Origin: Methanotorris igneus Kol 5
Lineage (GTDB): Archaea; AGJL01; Methanococci; Methanococcales; Methanococcaceae
DNA: 24,000 bases
Direction of reading: 5' to 3'
NCBI RefSeq assembly: GCF_000214415.1
Contig: NC_015562.1
Span: 1,379,130-1,403,129, forward strand
A program made the translations under genes and the position numbers. Under the pieces are notes generated by a model. That model had not been told where the DNA came from and searched no databases. It saw only the letters and a program-made list of their open reading frames with translations. This document shows, one piece after another, positions 8,672 to 15,992 of this stretch (position 1 is its first letter; every line of letters begins with the position of its first letter).

Positions 8672-9571
8672 TTATTGTTTCAATAACCTCCCAACTTCCA
8701 TACCAAGTTTTTTTGCACATTCTATGTCATCAACACCACAACAAATTTCTCTTCTTTCTCTTTTAATTTTTCCATTCTCTACAATGGCACATTCAAGTTC
8801 TAACTTTCCTAATTTTTCATCGTATTTTGCAAGAGCCCCAAATGGAGCTTGACAACCTCCACCATACTCTCTTAAAGCAAACCTCTCTGCAGTAACTTCT
8901 AAGAAAGTTTTTTTATCGTTTATCTTTTTTAGGATATCTATAATTTCCCCATCATCCTTCCTTGCAGCTATGCCTATGGCTCCTTGGGCAGGAGATGGCA
9001 ATATGTCCAATCTCTTAAAGTTAAATTCCTCATTTAAATTTATTTTAAGCCTATTTATCCCTGCCTCTGCTAAGATAATGGCATCATATTCCTTATTTCT
9101 TAACTTATTCAAACGAGTATCGACATTCCCCCTCAAAAGTTTTATCTCAATGTTTGGATACATTATCTTTAAAAATTCTTTCCTTCTTATGCTTGATGTT
9201 CCAACTACAGCCTTGCATTTTCCATTCAAAAATTCCTCAACCTTTTCATTGTCTTTATTCCAAATAATCAAATCATGATAGCTTTCCCTCTTAGGCGTTG
9301 CGGCAATTATTAAATTCTCATTCCATACAGTTGGGACGTCTTTTAAACTATGAACTGCTATATCTATTTCGTTATTTAACATTGCCAAATCAAGTTCCTT
9401 TGTAAAAACTCCTATTCCCAATTCAGAAAGTGTCTTATTTTGAACCTTATCTCCAACAGTTTTTATTATTTTAATCTCAGTTTCTACCCCTTCACTTTTT
9501 AGTAAATCGGCAACTTGGTATGTTTGAGCTAATGCTAACTTACTTCCTCTCGTCCCAATAATTACCTTCAA
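8672..9571 (-). CDS. hemC: hydroxymethylbilane synthase (porphobilinogen deaminase)
   Basis: N-terminus MKVIIGTRGSKLALAQT is the family signature; also HSLKDVP and a C-terminal cofactor-binding Cys region. The start is TTG (9571-9569), 4 nt downstream of GGTGG (complement of 9576-9580). No in-frame ATG could precede the conserved IGTRGS. Confidence 0.92.
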   Translation of the reverse strand: MKVIIGTRGSKLALAQTYQVADLLKSEGVETEIKIIKTVGDKVQNKTLSELGIGVFTKELDLAMLNNEIDIAVHSLKDVPTVWNENLIIAATPKRESYHDLIIWNKDNEKVEEFLNGKCKAVVGTSSIRRKEFLKIMYPNIEIKLLRGNVDTRLNKLRNKEYDAIILAEAGINRLKINLNEEFNFKRLDILPSPAQGAIGIAARKDDGEIIDILKKINDKKTFLEVTAERFALREYGGGCQAPFGALAKYDEKLGKLELECAIVENGKIKRERREICCGVDDIECAKKLGMEVGRLLKQ

Positions 9572-9626
9572 AATTCCACCTTTTATGTTTCTTTTTTGTT
9601 TTTTGCTTTATGATTTTATTATATTA

Positions 9627-10295
9627 TTATTTATCCACTAATTTAGCATCCTTAACAATATAAACCCCACTTACACCATCCCATATAATCTCATAATCAA
9701 CTACTTCAATCTTCTTTTTAAAAAATGGTGCATCAAATACAAACGTCTCCGCTTCCCCGCCTTCAAATGCCTTATTTATTTGATATCTTTCGCAAATTTT
9801 TAATAATTTATCAATATTCTCTTCCGTAATCCTCTTACCAAGCCACTCCTTCCCTAACCCATAGGCAGAGACCCCTACAATTCTAACATCAAAGAACTTT
9901 GCAACATCCCTTAAAATTAACTCCTGGTCTTTGTGCCATAAAGGAGCAAAAGATTTTATTCCAATTTCTTCACATATATGGTCAATTCTTGTTTTTTGGT
10001 ATTCACTTGCCAACGCTCCACACACAATCCCATCTATATCCAATTTTTCTAATGCCTTTTTTAGATCTAATACCTCTTTCTCTTTTTCCCCTTTTGTATA
10101 AACTCTCACTAAAGGAATACCAACACTTTCGGAAATAAGATCTGTGAGTTCAACATTTGGAATGTGGAACATGTAACTCTCTTTATTTTTTGAAATAACA
10201 TTTACCAAATACTTAACTTCCCAACCTTGGTGTAATGCCCACCAAAGAGCATAAGTTGAATCTTTTCCTCCCGAATATAAAGAAGCAACTTTCAT
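9627..10295 (-). CDS. PP-loop ATP pyrophosphatase of the MJ0570 / diphthine--ammonia ligase (Dph6-like) family
   Basis: N-terminal PP-loop SLYSGGKDS, later [10 protein letters not shown], about 220 aa. The family is recalled from the M. jannaschii MJ0570 structural work. I prefer ATG 10295 ([13 protein letters not shown]) over the ORF-track GTG 10307 because the PP-loop normally sits at the extreme N-terminus. Confidence 0.8.
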   Translation of the reverse strand: MKVASLYSGGKDSTYALWWALHQGWEVKYLVNVISKNKESYMFHIPNVELTDLISESVGIPLVRVYTKGEKEKEVLDLKKALEKLDIDGIVCGALASEYQKTRIDHICEEIGIKSFAPLWHKDQELILRDVAKFFDVRIVGVSAYGLGKEWLGKRITEENIDKLLKICERYQINKAFEGGEAETFVFDAPFFKKKIEVVDYEIIWDGVSGVYIVKDAKLVDK

Positions 10296-10461
10296 AGTTT
10301 CACGCACTTTCTATGCTTTTTTGTAGCCCTTGGATCTATAATCATTTTGTGGAATTTTCTACATTTATTTAACTACAATAAATTTTTTTAAAGAACAATA
10401 ACAATAAATTAAGCATAAAATTCCAAAATAAACATATTTATGTTGTTTTTAATTTTATTGG

Positions 10462-10571
10462 GGTTGTACTTATTGGGCCGAAGGTTTGAGTATAGTTGTT
10501 TGCCAATTTCTTGCACGGATTTAGATACAACCAAATTATACGGCAAAACTTTGTTTTGCCATTTATTTTTT
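10462..10571 (+). ncRNA. speculative small RNA or structured element in the glnA upstream spacer
   Basis: ggttgta (10462-10468) is complementary to tacaacc (10526-10532). A perfect 8-bp hairpin ggcaaaac-ttt-gttttgcc (10542-10560) is followed by atttatttttt. A weak TATA-like atatttat lies at 10434-10441. Strand and existence are unproven. Confidence 0.2.
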
Positions 10572-10669
10572 AAAAGGATGATAAATCAACCATAAAAATT
10601 CCAAATAAAGGTTAATTATCCCTTATAATTTAATGGAGATTTCGTTCATTAGTAAGGCAAACAACTATA
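10491..10669. repeat. 179-bp segment bounded by perfect 14-bp inverted repeats (MITE-like)
   Basis: tatagttgtttgcc (10491-10504) and ggcaaacaactata (10656-10669) are exact reverse complements. The TATAGTYGTT core also occurs at 10702-10712 and three times at 7173-7306. Confidence 0.65.
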
Positions 10670-10760
10670 AATGAAACTGAAGTTTTCATCATTTATAACA
10701 CAAACGACTATATCTCATATGGCATTTAAATTTAGTGTTGTTGAATTGTTGAAATCAATC

Positions 10761-10775
10761 CGTAAAGTATATATA
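10761..10775 (+). promoter_or_regulatory. glnA BRE/TATA promoter
   Basis: cgtaaag (10761-10767) followed by tatatata (10768-10775), 69 nt upstream of the glnA ATG and immediately upstream of the two operators. Confidence 0.65.
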
Positions 10776-10784
10776 GATAGTTTA

Positions 10785-10798
10785 GGAAATAAATTTCC
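10785..10798. promoter_or_regulatory. NrpR-type nitrogen operator 1 (GGAA-N6-TTCC)
   Basis: ggaaataaatttcc is an exact match to the GGAA-N6-TTCC palindrome defined for Methanococcus maripaludis nif/glnA operators. It lies between the TATA box and the expected transcription start. Confidence 0.75.
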
Positions 10799-10806
10799 GA
10801 TATGTT

Positions 10807-10820
10807 GGAAATAGTTTTCC
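10807..10820. promoter_or_regulatory. NrpR-type nitrogen operator 2 (GGAA-N6-TTCC)
   Basis: ggaaatagttttcc is a second exact GGAA-N6-TTCC, centred 22 bp (two helical turns) downstream of operator 1. Confidence 0.75.
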
Positions 10821-10843
10821 GACCATAGCAAGGGGGTCAAAAA

Positions 10844-12190
10844 ATGAGCGACATAGAAAAAGTAATACAATTTGTAAAGGAAAACAAAGTTAAGTTCTTA
10901 AGGTTGCAGTTCGTTGACATCTTAGGATTTCCAAAGAATGTTGCATACCCAATAAAAGAAGGAGAAAAAGGATTAGATGAATTAAGAGACATCTTAGAAA
11001 ATGGAGTTTACTTTGACGGTTCATCAATTGCGGGATTCGTAGGAATTCAAGAATCAGATATGATTTTAAAACCTGATGTTTCAACATTCTCAGTCCTCCC
11101 ATGGAGACCAAATGAAAAGAGTGTAGCAAGAGTTATTTGTGATGTTTACAGAACAGAAGGAAAACCATTCGAAGGAGACCCAAGAAGCTGCTTAAAGAAA
11201 ATATTAAACGAATTAAAAGAAGAAATGAACGGAGAGTTCTTCGTTGGTCCAGAACCAGAGTTCTTCTTGTTAAAGAGAGACCCACACAACCCACACAAAT
11301 GGATTCCTGCTGACGATGGTGGATACTTCGATGTTGAGCCATTAGACCAAGCTCCAGACATTAGAAGAGATATTGTTCTTGCATTGGAGAACTTAGGATT
11401 CCACGTTGAGGCATCCCACCACGAAGTCGCTCCAGGTCAGCATGAAGTTGACTTCAAATTCGACAACGCATTAAAAACAGCTGACAGTGTTGTAACATTC
11501 AAAACAACAATCAAAGCAATCGCTCAAAAGCACGGTTTAAAAGCAACATTCATGCCAAAACCATTCTTTGGAATGAACGGAAATGGTATGCACTGCCACC
11601 AAAGTGTCTGGTTTAACGGAGAGCCATCATTCTACGACCCAGATGCAAAATACCAATTAAGTGAAACCTGTATGCAATACATTGCAGGTATATTGAACCA
11701 CGCTAAGGCAATCGTTGCAATTACAAACCCAACAGTTAACTCATACAAGAGATTAGTTCCAGGTTACGAAGCTCCTGTAAACATCGCATGGGCAAACAAA
11801 AATAGAAGTGCTATCATTAGAGTTCCTGCAGCAAGAGGAAAAGGTACAAGAATTGAGTTCAGAGCTCCAGATCCAACATGCAACCCATACTTAGCATTCA
11901 CAGTAATGCTCGCTGCAGGATTAGATGGAATTAAGAAGAAGATGGAAGCTCCAGAACCAGTTGAGAAGAACATCTTCAAGATGAGCGAAGAAGAGAAGAA
12001 ACAACTTGGAATTGAATCAGTTCCATCCAACTTGAAAGAAGCATTAGATGAATTAGAATGCGACGAAGTATTGCAAAAAGCATTAGGTAAACACATCTAC
12101 GAAAACTTCATGGAAATCAAGAGAGCAGAGTGGGACAGCTTCAGAACCTCAATTACAAACTGGGAGTTGGACAACTACTTGGTCTACTAA
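10844..12190 (+). CDS. glnA: glutamine synthetase, type I
   Basis: 448 aa with FDGSS, EVAPGQHE, NGNGMHCHQS, NSYKRLVPGYEAP and IRVPA...R.E.R.PD motifs. The AGGGGGT Shine-Dalgarno (10831-10837) lies 6 nt before the ATG. Confidence 0.95.
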   Translation: MSDIEKVIQFVKENKVKFLRLQFVDILGFPKNVAYPIKEGEKGLDELRDILENGVYFDGSSIAGFVGIQESDMILKPDVSTFSVLPWRPNEKSVARVICDVYRTEGKPFEGDPRSCLKKILNELKEEMNGEFFVGPEPEFFLLKRDPHNPHKWIPADDGGYFDVEPLDQAPDIRRDIVLALENLGFHVEASHHEVAPGQHEVDFKFDNALKTADSVVTFKTTIKAIAQKHGLKATFMPKPFFGMNGNGMHCHQSVWFNGEPSFYDPDAKYQLSETCMQYIAGILNHAKAIVAITNPTVNSYKRLVPGYEAPVNIAWANKNRSAIIRVPAARGKGTRIEFRAPDPTCNPYLAFTVMLAAGLDGIKKKMEAPEPVEKNIFKMSEEEKKQLGIESVPSNLKEALDELECDEVLQKALGKHIYENFMEIKRAEWDSFRTSITNWELDNYLVY

Positions 12191-12205
12191 ATCAATCTCC
12201 TTTCC

Positions 12206-12226
12206 TTTTTCGTTTTTTATTTTTTT
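12206..12226 (+). terminator. oligo-T termination tract after glnA
   Basis: Three T runs (T5 12206-12210, T6 12213-12218, T7 12220-12226) begin 16 nt after the glnA stop. Oligo-T is the established archaeal intrinsic termination signal. Confidence 0.6.
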
Positions 12227-12319
12227 GTCTACCTAAATTTATATATTTAAATCTTTTAAATTTTTAATTGACAGTTTAATGAAAAAATATAAAAATAATG
12301 AGCTACTATGGATTTTTGC

Positions 12320-12472
12320 AATTCCTGCTATTATCCTAACCCCCAATGTGGGGTTGGGGTTAAAAGTCGATGACCCAATGGAGCATTTTGTGGGAACTCC
12401 CGCCCACAAACCCTGTGATGAAATTGGGGAGGCTAAGGGAGCGAACGTTGAAAATAAGAACAACTATTTTTT
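12320..12472 (+). ncRNA. candidate structured non-coding RNA or structured rps6e leader (GC-rich island)
   Basis: About 54% GC by hand count over 12335-12447, against very AT-rich flanks. Strong hairpins at 12335-12358 (10 bp, one bulge) and 12387-12410 (tttgtggg/cccacaaa, 8 bp). GATGA motifs at 12369-12373 and 12417-12421. TATA-like atataaaa at 12287-12294 and consensus tttatata at 12238-12245 lie upstream, with a T6 tract at 12467-12472. Boundaries and strand are inferred. Confidence 0.4.
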
Positions 12473-12534
12473 GATATTAAAATTAAATTTAACAGAAGTG
12501 ACAAATATTGCCAACAAAAATAGGAGGTTTGGAT

Positions 12535-12921
12535 ATGCCAAAGTTTAAAGTTGTAGTTGCTGACCCAAAAGAAGGAAAATGTTACCAAGTAGAAGTTGAA
12601 ACAGATGCATTAATTGGAAAAAAGATTGGTGATGTTATAGATGGAAAAATTGTTGGATTGGAAGGATACAAATTACAAATCACCGGTGGTTCTGACTACT
12701 GTGGATTCCCAATGAGACCAGACGTCCATGGTAGTGGGAGAGTAAGAATCTTATTAAGCAAAGGTCCAGGATTCAGGCCAAAAGAAAAAGGTGAAAGAAG
12801 AAGAAAAACTGTTAGAGGAAACACAATATCAAGTGACATTGTCCAAGTAAACACAAAAATTGTTGAGTATGGAGACAAACCTGTTGCTGAATTATTAGGT
12901 TTGGGTGGAGGAGAGGAGTAA
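12535..12921 (+). CDS. rps6e: 30S ribosomal protein S6e
   Basis: [21 protein letters not shown] ... [14 protein letters not shown] ... RRRKTVRGN is the eS6 family pattern. AGGAGG (12522-12527) lies 7 nt before ATG 12535; the ORF-track TTG at 12508 is too long. Confidence 0.92.
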   Translation: MPKFKVVVADPKEGKCYQVEVETDALIGKKIGDVIDGKIVGLEGYKLQITGGSDYCGFPMRPDVHGSGRVRILLSKGPGFRPKEKGERRRKTVRGNTISSDIVQVNTKIVEYGDKPVAELLGLGGGEE

Positions 12922-13126
12922 ATTAATTTTTAATCTTTTTTTTACAAATTTTAATTTTTTAGGCCTGTTTTGTTTTTGGCTTTTAAGGATTTTGTTTCTA
13001 ACTTTTGGTTTTTACGTGAACTATAAAAATCATTAATGCCATTATTTTTATATGAAAGAAGTTAGTTTAATGTTAATTTTGATAACTAATTAAGGATAAT
13101 ATTAAAGATTACAAAGAGGGGATATC

Positions 13127-14359
13127 ATGGCTACAAGAAAACAATCAGAAGTTAATATTGGAATGGTGGGGCACGTTGACCATGGAAAAACTTCATTAAC
13201 AAAGGCGTTAACAGGAGTTTGGACTGATACACATAGTGAAGAGTTGAAGAGGGGAATTTCCATTAGGTTAGGGTATGCAGATTGTGAAATAAGAAAATGT
13301 CCAAAATGTCCAGAACCAGAATGCTATACAACAAAAGAAGTTTGTCCTAAATGTGGTTCTAAAACAAAGTTTTTAAGGAGAGTGTCTTTTGTTGACTCCC
13401 CAGGACACGAAACATTAATGGCTACTATGCTCTCTGGAGCATCCTTAATGGATGGAGCTATTTTGGTTATTGCTGCAAATGAACCATGTCCACAACCTCA
13501 AACAAAAGAGCATTTAATGGCATTGGATATTTTGGGAGTTAAAAACATCATTATAGTGCAAAATAAAATTGATTTAGTTGATGAAGAGCAGGCAAAAGAA
13601 AACTACAGACAAATTAAGGAGTTTGTAAAGGGAACTGTTGCAGAAAACGCTCCAATAATCCCAATCTCAGCACACCACGAGGCAAACCTTGACGTGCTTT
13701 TAAAGGCAATTCAGGACTTCATTCCAACACCAGAGAGAAACCCTGACTTACCACCAAGAATGTATGTTGCAAGAAGTTTTGATGTCAACAAGCCAGGAAC
13801 TGAAATAAAAGACCTGAAAGGTGGAGTTTTAGGAGGAAGTATTATTCAGGGTGTCTTGGAAGTTGGAAAAGAAATTGAGATTAGGCCAGGAATACAAGTT
13901 ACAGAAGGTAATAAAACCTACTGGAAACCATTAAGAACAAAAATTGTATCACTTGTAGCAGGAGGTAAAAGTGTTAAAAAAGCATATCCAGGAGGATTGG
14001 TTGGAGTTGGAACTGAGTTAGACCCATCATTAACAAAATCAGATTATTTAAGCGGTAGCGTTTTAGGTGAGCCAGGAACTTTACCACCAGTGCATGATAG
14101 GATAACCATAAAAGTGCACTTGTTGGATAGAGTTGTAGGTTCAAAAGAAGAACTTGTCATAGAGCCATTAAGAACTAATGAAGTTTTAATGATTAACGTT
14201 GGAACAGCAACAACTGTTGGGGTTATTACATCCGCAAGGGGAGATATTGCAGATATAAAATTAAAACTCCCAATCTGTGCAGATAAAGGGGATAGAGTAG
14301 CATTGAGCAGAAGAATTGGTTCAAGATGGAGATTAATTGGATATGGAATTATTCAATAA
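13127..14359 (+). CDS. eif2g: translation initiation factor aIF2 gamma subunit
   Basis: GTPase motifs [18 protein letters not shown] and SAHH, plus the Cys4 zinc knuckle insert [20 protein letters not shown] typical of a/eIF2-gamma. 410 aa. Confidence 0.95.
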   Translation: MATRKQSEVNIGMVGHVDHGKTSLTKALTGVWTDTHSEELKRGISIRLGYADCEIRKCPKCPEPECYTTKEVCPKCGSKTKFLRRVSFVDSPGHETLMATMLSGASLMDGAILVIAANEPCPQPQTKEHLMALDILGVKNIIIVQNKIDLVDEEQAKENYRQIKEFVKGTVAENAPIIPISAHHEANLDVLLKAIQDFIPTPERNPDLPPRMYVARSFDVNKPGTEIKDLKGGVLGGSIIQGVLEVGKEIEIRPGIQVTEGNKTYWKPLRTKIVSLVAGGKSVKKAYPGGLVGVGTELDPSLTKSDYLSGSVLGEPGTLPPVHDRITIKVHLLDRVVGSKEELVIEPLRTNEVLMINVGTATTVGVITSARGDIADIKLKLPICADKGDRVALSRRIGSRWRLIGYGIIQ

Positions 14360-14459
14360 AATTCTTTAAATTCTTTTTGACTATCTAAATTATTTTTTAG
14401 TTTTTTGTTTTTATATCCTTACTGTCTATTTTGTTTTCAATTTTATTTTTGGTGGTAGT

Positions 14460-15608
14460 ATGGATTTATCCATAATTCTAAAAAAGAAAGAGATTATAAA
14501 GAAAAAAATTGAAGAATTAGGAAACAAAAATTTAAATGTTAATGATTATTGGGTTGAGTGTGATTTTGATAATCCAGAGGATTTAATTTTTGGTGGAGGA
14601 GATGGGAGCTTTAACAACATAGACTATATTTCCTACTCATTGTATATGGTTGGGAGTATCTCCTACTTACATAAAGTTGGTGAAAAGATAGAGAAAGCAA
14701 AATCCAGTTATGATATTGACATTATCCAACCCTACGTTTCTGTGAGGGACAGGTTAAGGTTGTATATGCTAACAATGGAACTAAAAACTGCATTATGGAC
14801 TTTGGAAAATAAAAATGTTGATTATTATTTAGTTGATGGCTCGCTATATTCCCTTTTAATCCAAACACATACCTATGGTTCAAAATATGTTGATGTTGAG
14901 GAAATATACGAAGAATATAGCAAAGAGATAAAAAATTCAATTGAAGAAGAAATTAAAAGTGGAAATATTTGTATAGCATCAAATAACATTGAAATAGAGG
15001 ACAAAAATGAAAAAATTGTAGTAGAACAGGTTGAATACATAATAACTCTTCTAAAATTATTAAAAAAGCATAAGGATAAATTAATAGGCATCTCAAAAAC
15101 TTCAAAGATGAATATCTATTTCAAAAATGCGTTGATGCCAGACATTGCAGTATTTTCAAAAAACACAAAAAACAGTGGATATTCAACACCAATAAGTCTC
15201 AAAATGCTAAAAGAAGAAATGGAAAAATTAAAAGAAAAAATAGATAATGAGGATAATAAAAACAAAAAAGATGAACTCAAAAGAGAGTATAATTATATAA
15301 GAGGGATAGTGCACAATATAGAGTATATAAATAGATTTGAACATGCTTTAGATAACCTCTACCTGCAATTTGTTAGGTTAGAAAATAACAAAGGTATTCT
15401 TGGGATTTCTTCATTAAAACCAATAGATGAGCAAGTGTTATCAAGTTTAAAGGAGATCTCTGTAAATGGCTATCCTTATATATTAAAAAAATCTCATGAA
15501 ACTGTTGAGATAACCGATGATAAATTGGAAATGTGTGCAAAGATTTTAAACATTAATGAGCCAATTGATAGATACCTCCTCAAAAAGCAGAAAAGAATGG
15601 ATTTATAA
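14460..15608 (+). CDS. NurA-domain-like protein (putative RNase H-fold 5'-3' nuclease), stand-alone
   Basis: Ordered candidate catalytic motifs GGGDGSF (D48), RLRLYMLTMELKTAL (E107), YYLVDGSLYSLL (D126) and C-terminal GYPYILKKSHET (H346) match my recollection of the NurA D-E-D-H arrangement. The central K/E-rich segment looks coiled-coil-like. GGTGGT lies 3 nt before the ATG. The family call has not been verified by HMM. Confidence 0.55.
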   Translation: MDLSIILKKKEIIKKKIEELGNKNLNVNDYWVECDFDNPEDLIFGGGDGSFNNIDYISYSLYMVGSISYLHKVGEKIEKAKSSYDIDIIQPYVSVRDRLRLYMLTMELKTALWTLENKNVDYYLVDGSLYSLLIQTHTYGSKYVDVEEIYEEYSKEIKNSIEEEIKSGNICIASNNIEIEDKNEKIVVEQVEYIITLLKLLKKHKDKLIGISKTSKMNIYFKNALMPDIAVFSKNTKNSGYSTPISLKMLKEEMEKLKEKIDNEDNKNKKDELKREYNYIRGIVHNIEYINRFEHALDNLYLQFVRLENNKGILGISSLKPIDEQVLSSLKEISVNGYPYILKKSHETVEITDDKLEMCAKILNINEPIDRYLLKKQKRMDL

Positions 15609-15753
15609 TGACTTTTCAAAAATTTTTTATCTAATAGAATAAGATCTCGCATTCTTACAAAAAATTAAGAACTGATAATGTGATTTAACACTATTAAAAT
15701 TAAAACTAAAAAATAATAAGATGAGGGTTCTTGATTACAAAACTTAAATTAAT

Positions 15754-15783
15754 TAGTTTTATATATTTTAGTTTTATATATTT
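15754..15783. repeat. perfect 15-bp tandem duplication (tagttttatatattt x2)
   Basis: 15754-15768 and 15769-15783 are identical. Each unit contains a TTTTATATA TATA-like box. The repeat lies in the spacer between the NurA-like gene and the 3' end of tRNA-Phe. Confidence 0.85.
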
Positions 15784-15819
15784 AAGTATATGAATAGAAA
15801 TGTCCAAAATAAAAAATAA

Positions 15820-15896
15820 TGGTGCCGCGGGGGTGATTTGAACACCCGACAACTGGATCTTCAGTCCAGCGTTCTCCCGGGCTGAACTACCGCGGC
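15820..15896 (-). tRNA. tRNA-Phe (anticodon GAA), CCA encoded
   Basis: The reverse complement folds as acceptor GCCGCGG/CCGCGGC, D arm GTTC-AGCCCGGGA-GAAC, anticodon arm CTGGA-CTGAAGA-TCCAG, T arm GGGTG-TTCAAAT-CACCC, discriminator A, CCA. Confidence 0.95.
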
Positions 15897-15931
15897 TCAA
15901 TAATTTGCATTATCAAACATTGTATTCCTGG

Positions 15932-15962
15932 TATATATACTTTTCGCCGAAAAGTTTATATA
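15932..15962. promoter_or_regulatory. 31-bp near-perfect palindrome forming back-to-back BRE/TATA promoters for tRNA-Phe (-) and the tRNA-Asn cluster (+)
   Basis: tatatatacttttcg-c-cgaaaagtttatata has one mismatch. On the plus strand ccgaaaag+tttatata ends 30 nt before tRNA-Asn. On the minus strand cgaaaag+tatatata ends 35 nt before tRNA-Phe. Confidence 0.7.
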
Positions 15963-15992
15963 GTAGAAAGATAATTGTTATTGTGCTGATGA

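Noticed and set aside
10308-10843. The repeat-rich AT spacer upstream of glnA considered as a replication origin (inverted repeats flanking an AT-rich core).
   Set aside because: There is no adjacent orc1/cdc6-like gene and no recognisable ORB/mini-ORB repeats. The repeats are better explained by a MITE-like element plus the glnA promoter and operators.
12369-12421. The two GATGA motifs of the GC island considered as C and C' boxes of a canonical C/D box sRNA.
   Set aside because: There is no CTGA anywhere in the island and the 48-nt spacing does not fit. They are kept only as possible K-turn/K-loop elements within the ncRNA finding.
12239-12548. ORFs 12279-12548 (+, 89 aa) and 12239-12463 (-, 74 aa) covering the GC island.
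   Set aside because: There is no Shine-Dalgarno sequence and the composition is odd. The plus-strand ORF overlaps the rps6e RBS and start in another frame. The region is better explained as structured RNA.
674-15783. Checked short tandem and interspersed repeats for a CRISPR array.
   Set aside because: Only two-copy tandem duplications (17 bp and 15 bp) without spacers were found. There is no repeat-spacer periodicity anywhere in the window.
15706-15900. 64-aa minus-strand ORF.
   Set aside because: It overlaps tRNA-Phe and the tandem TATA-like repeat, and its start lies inside the tRNA.
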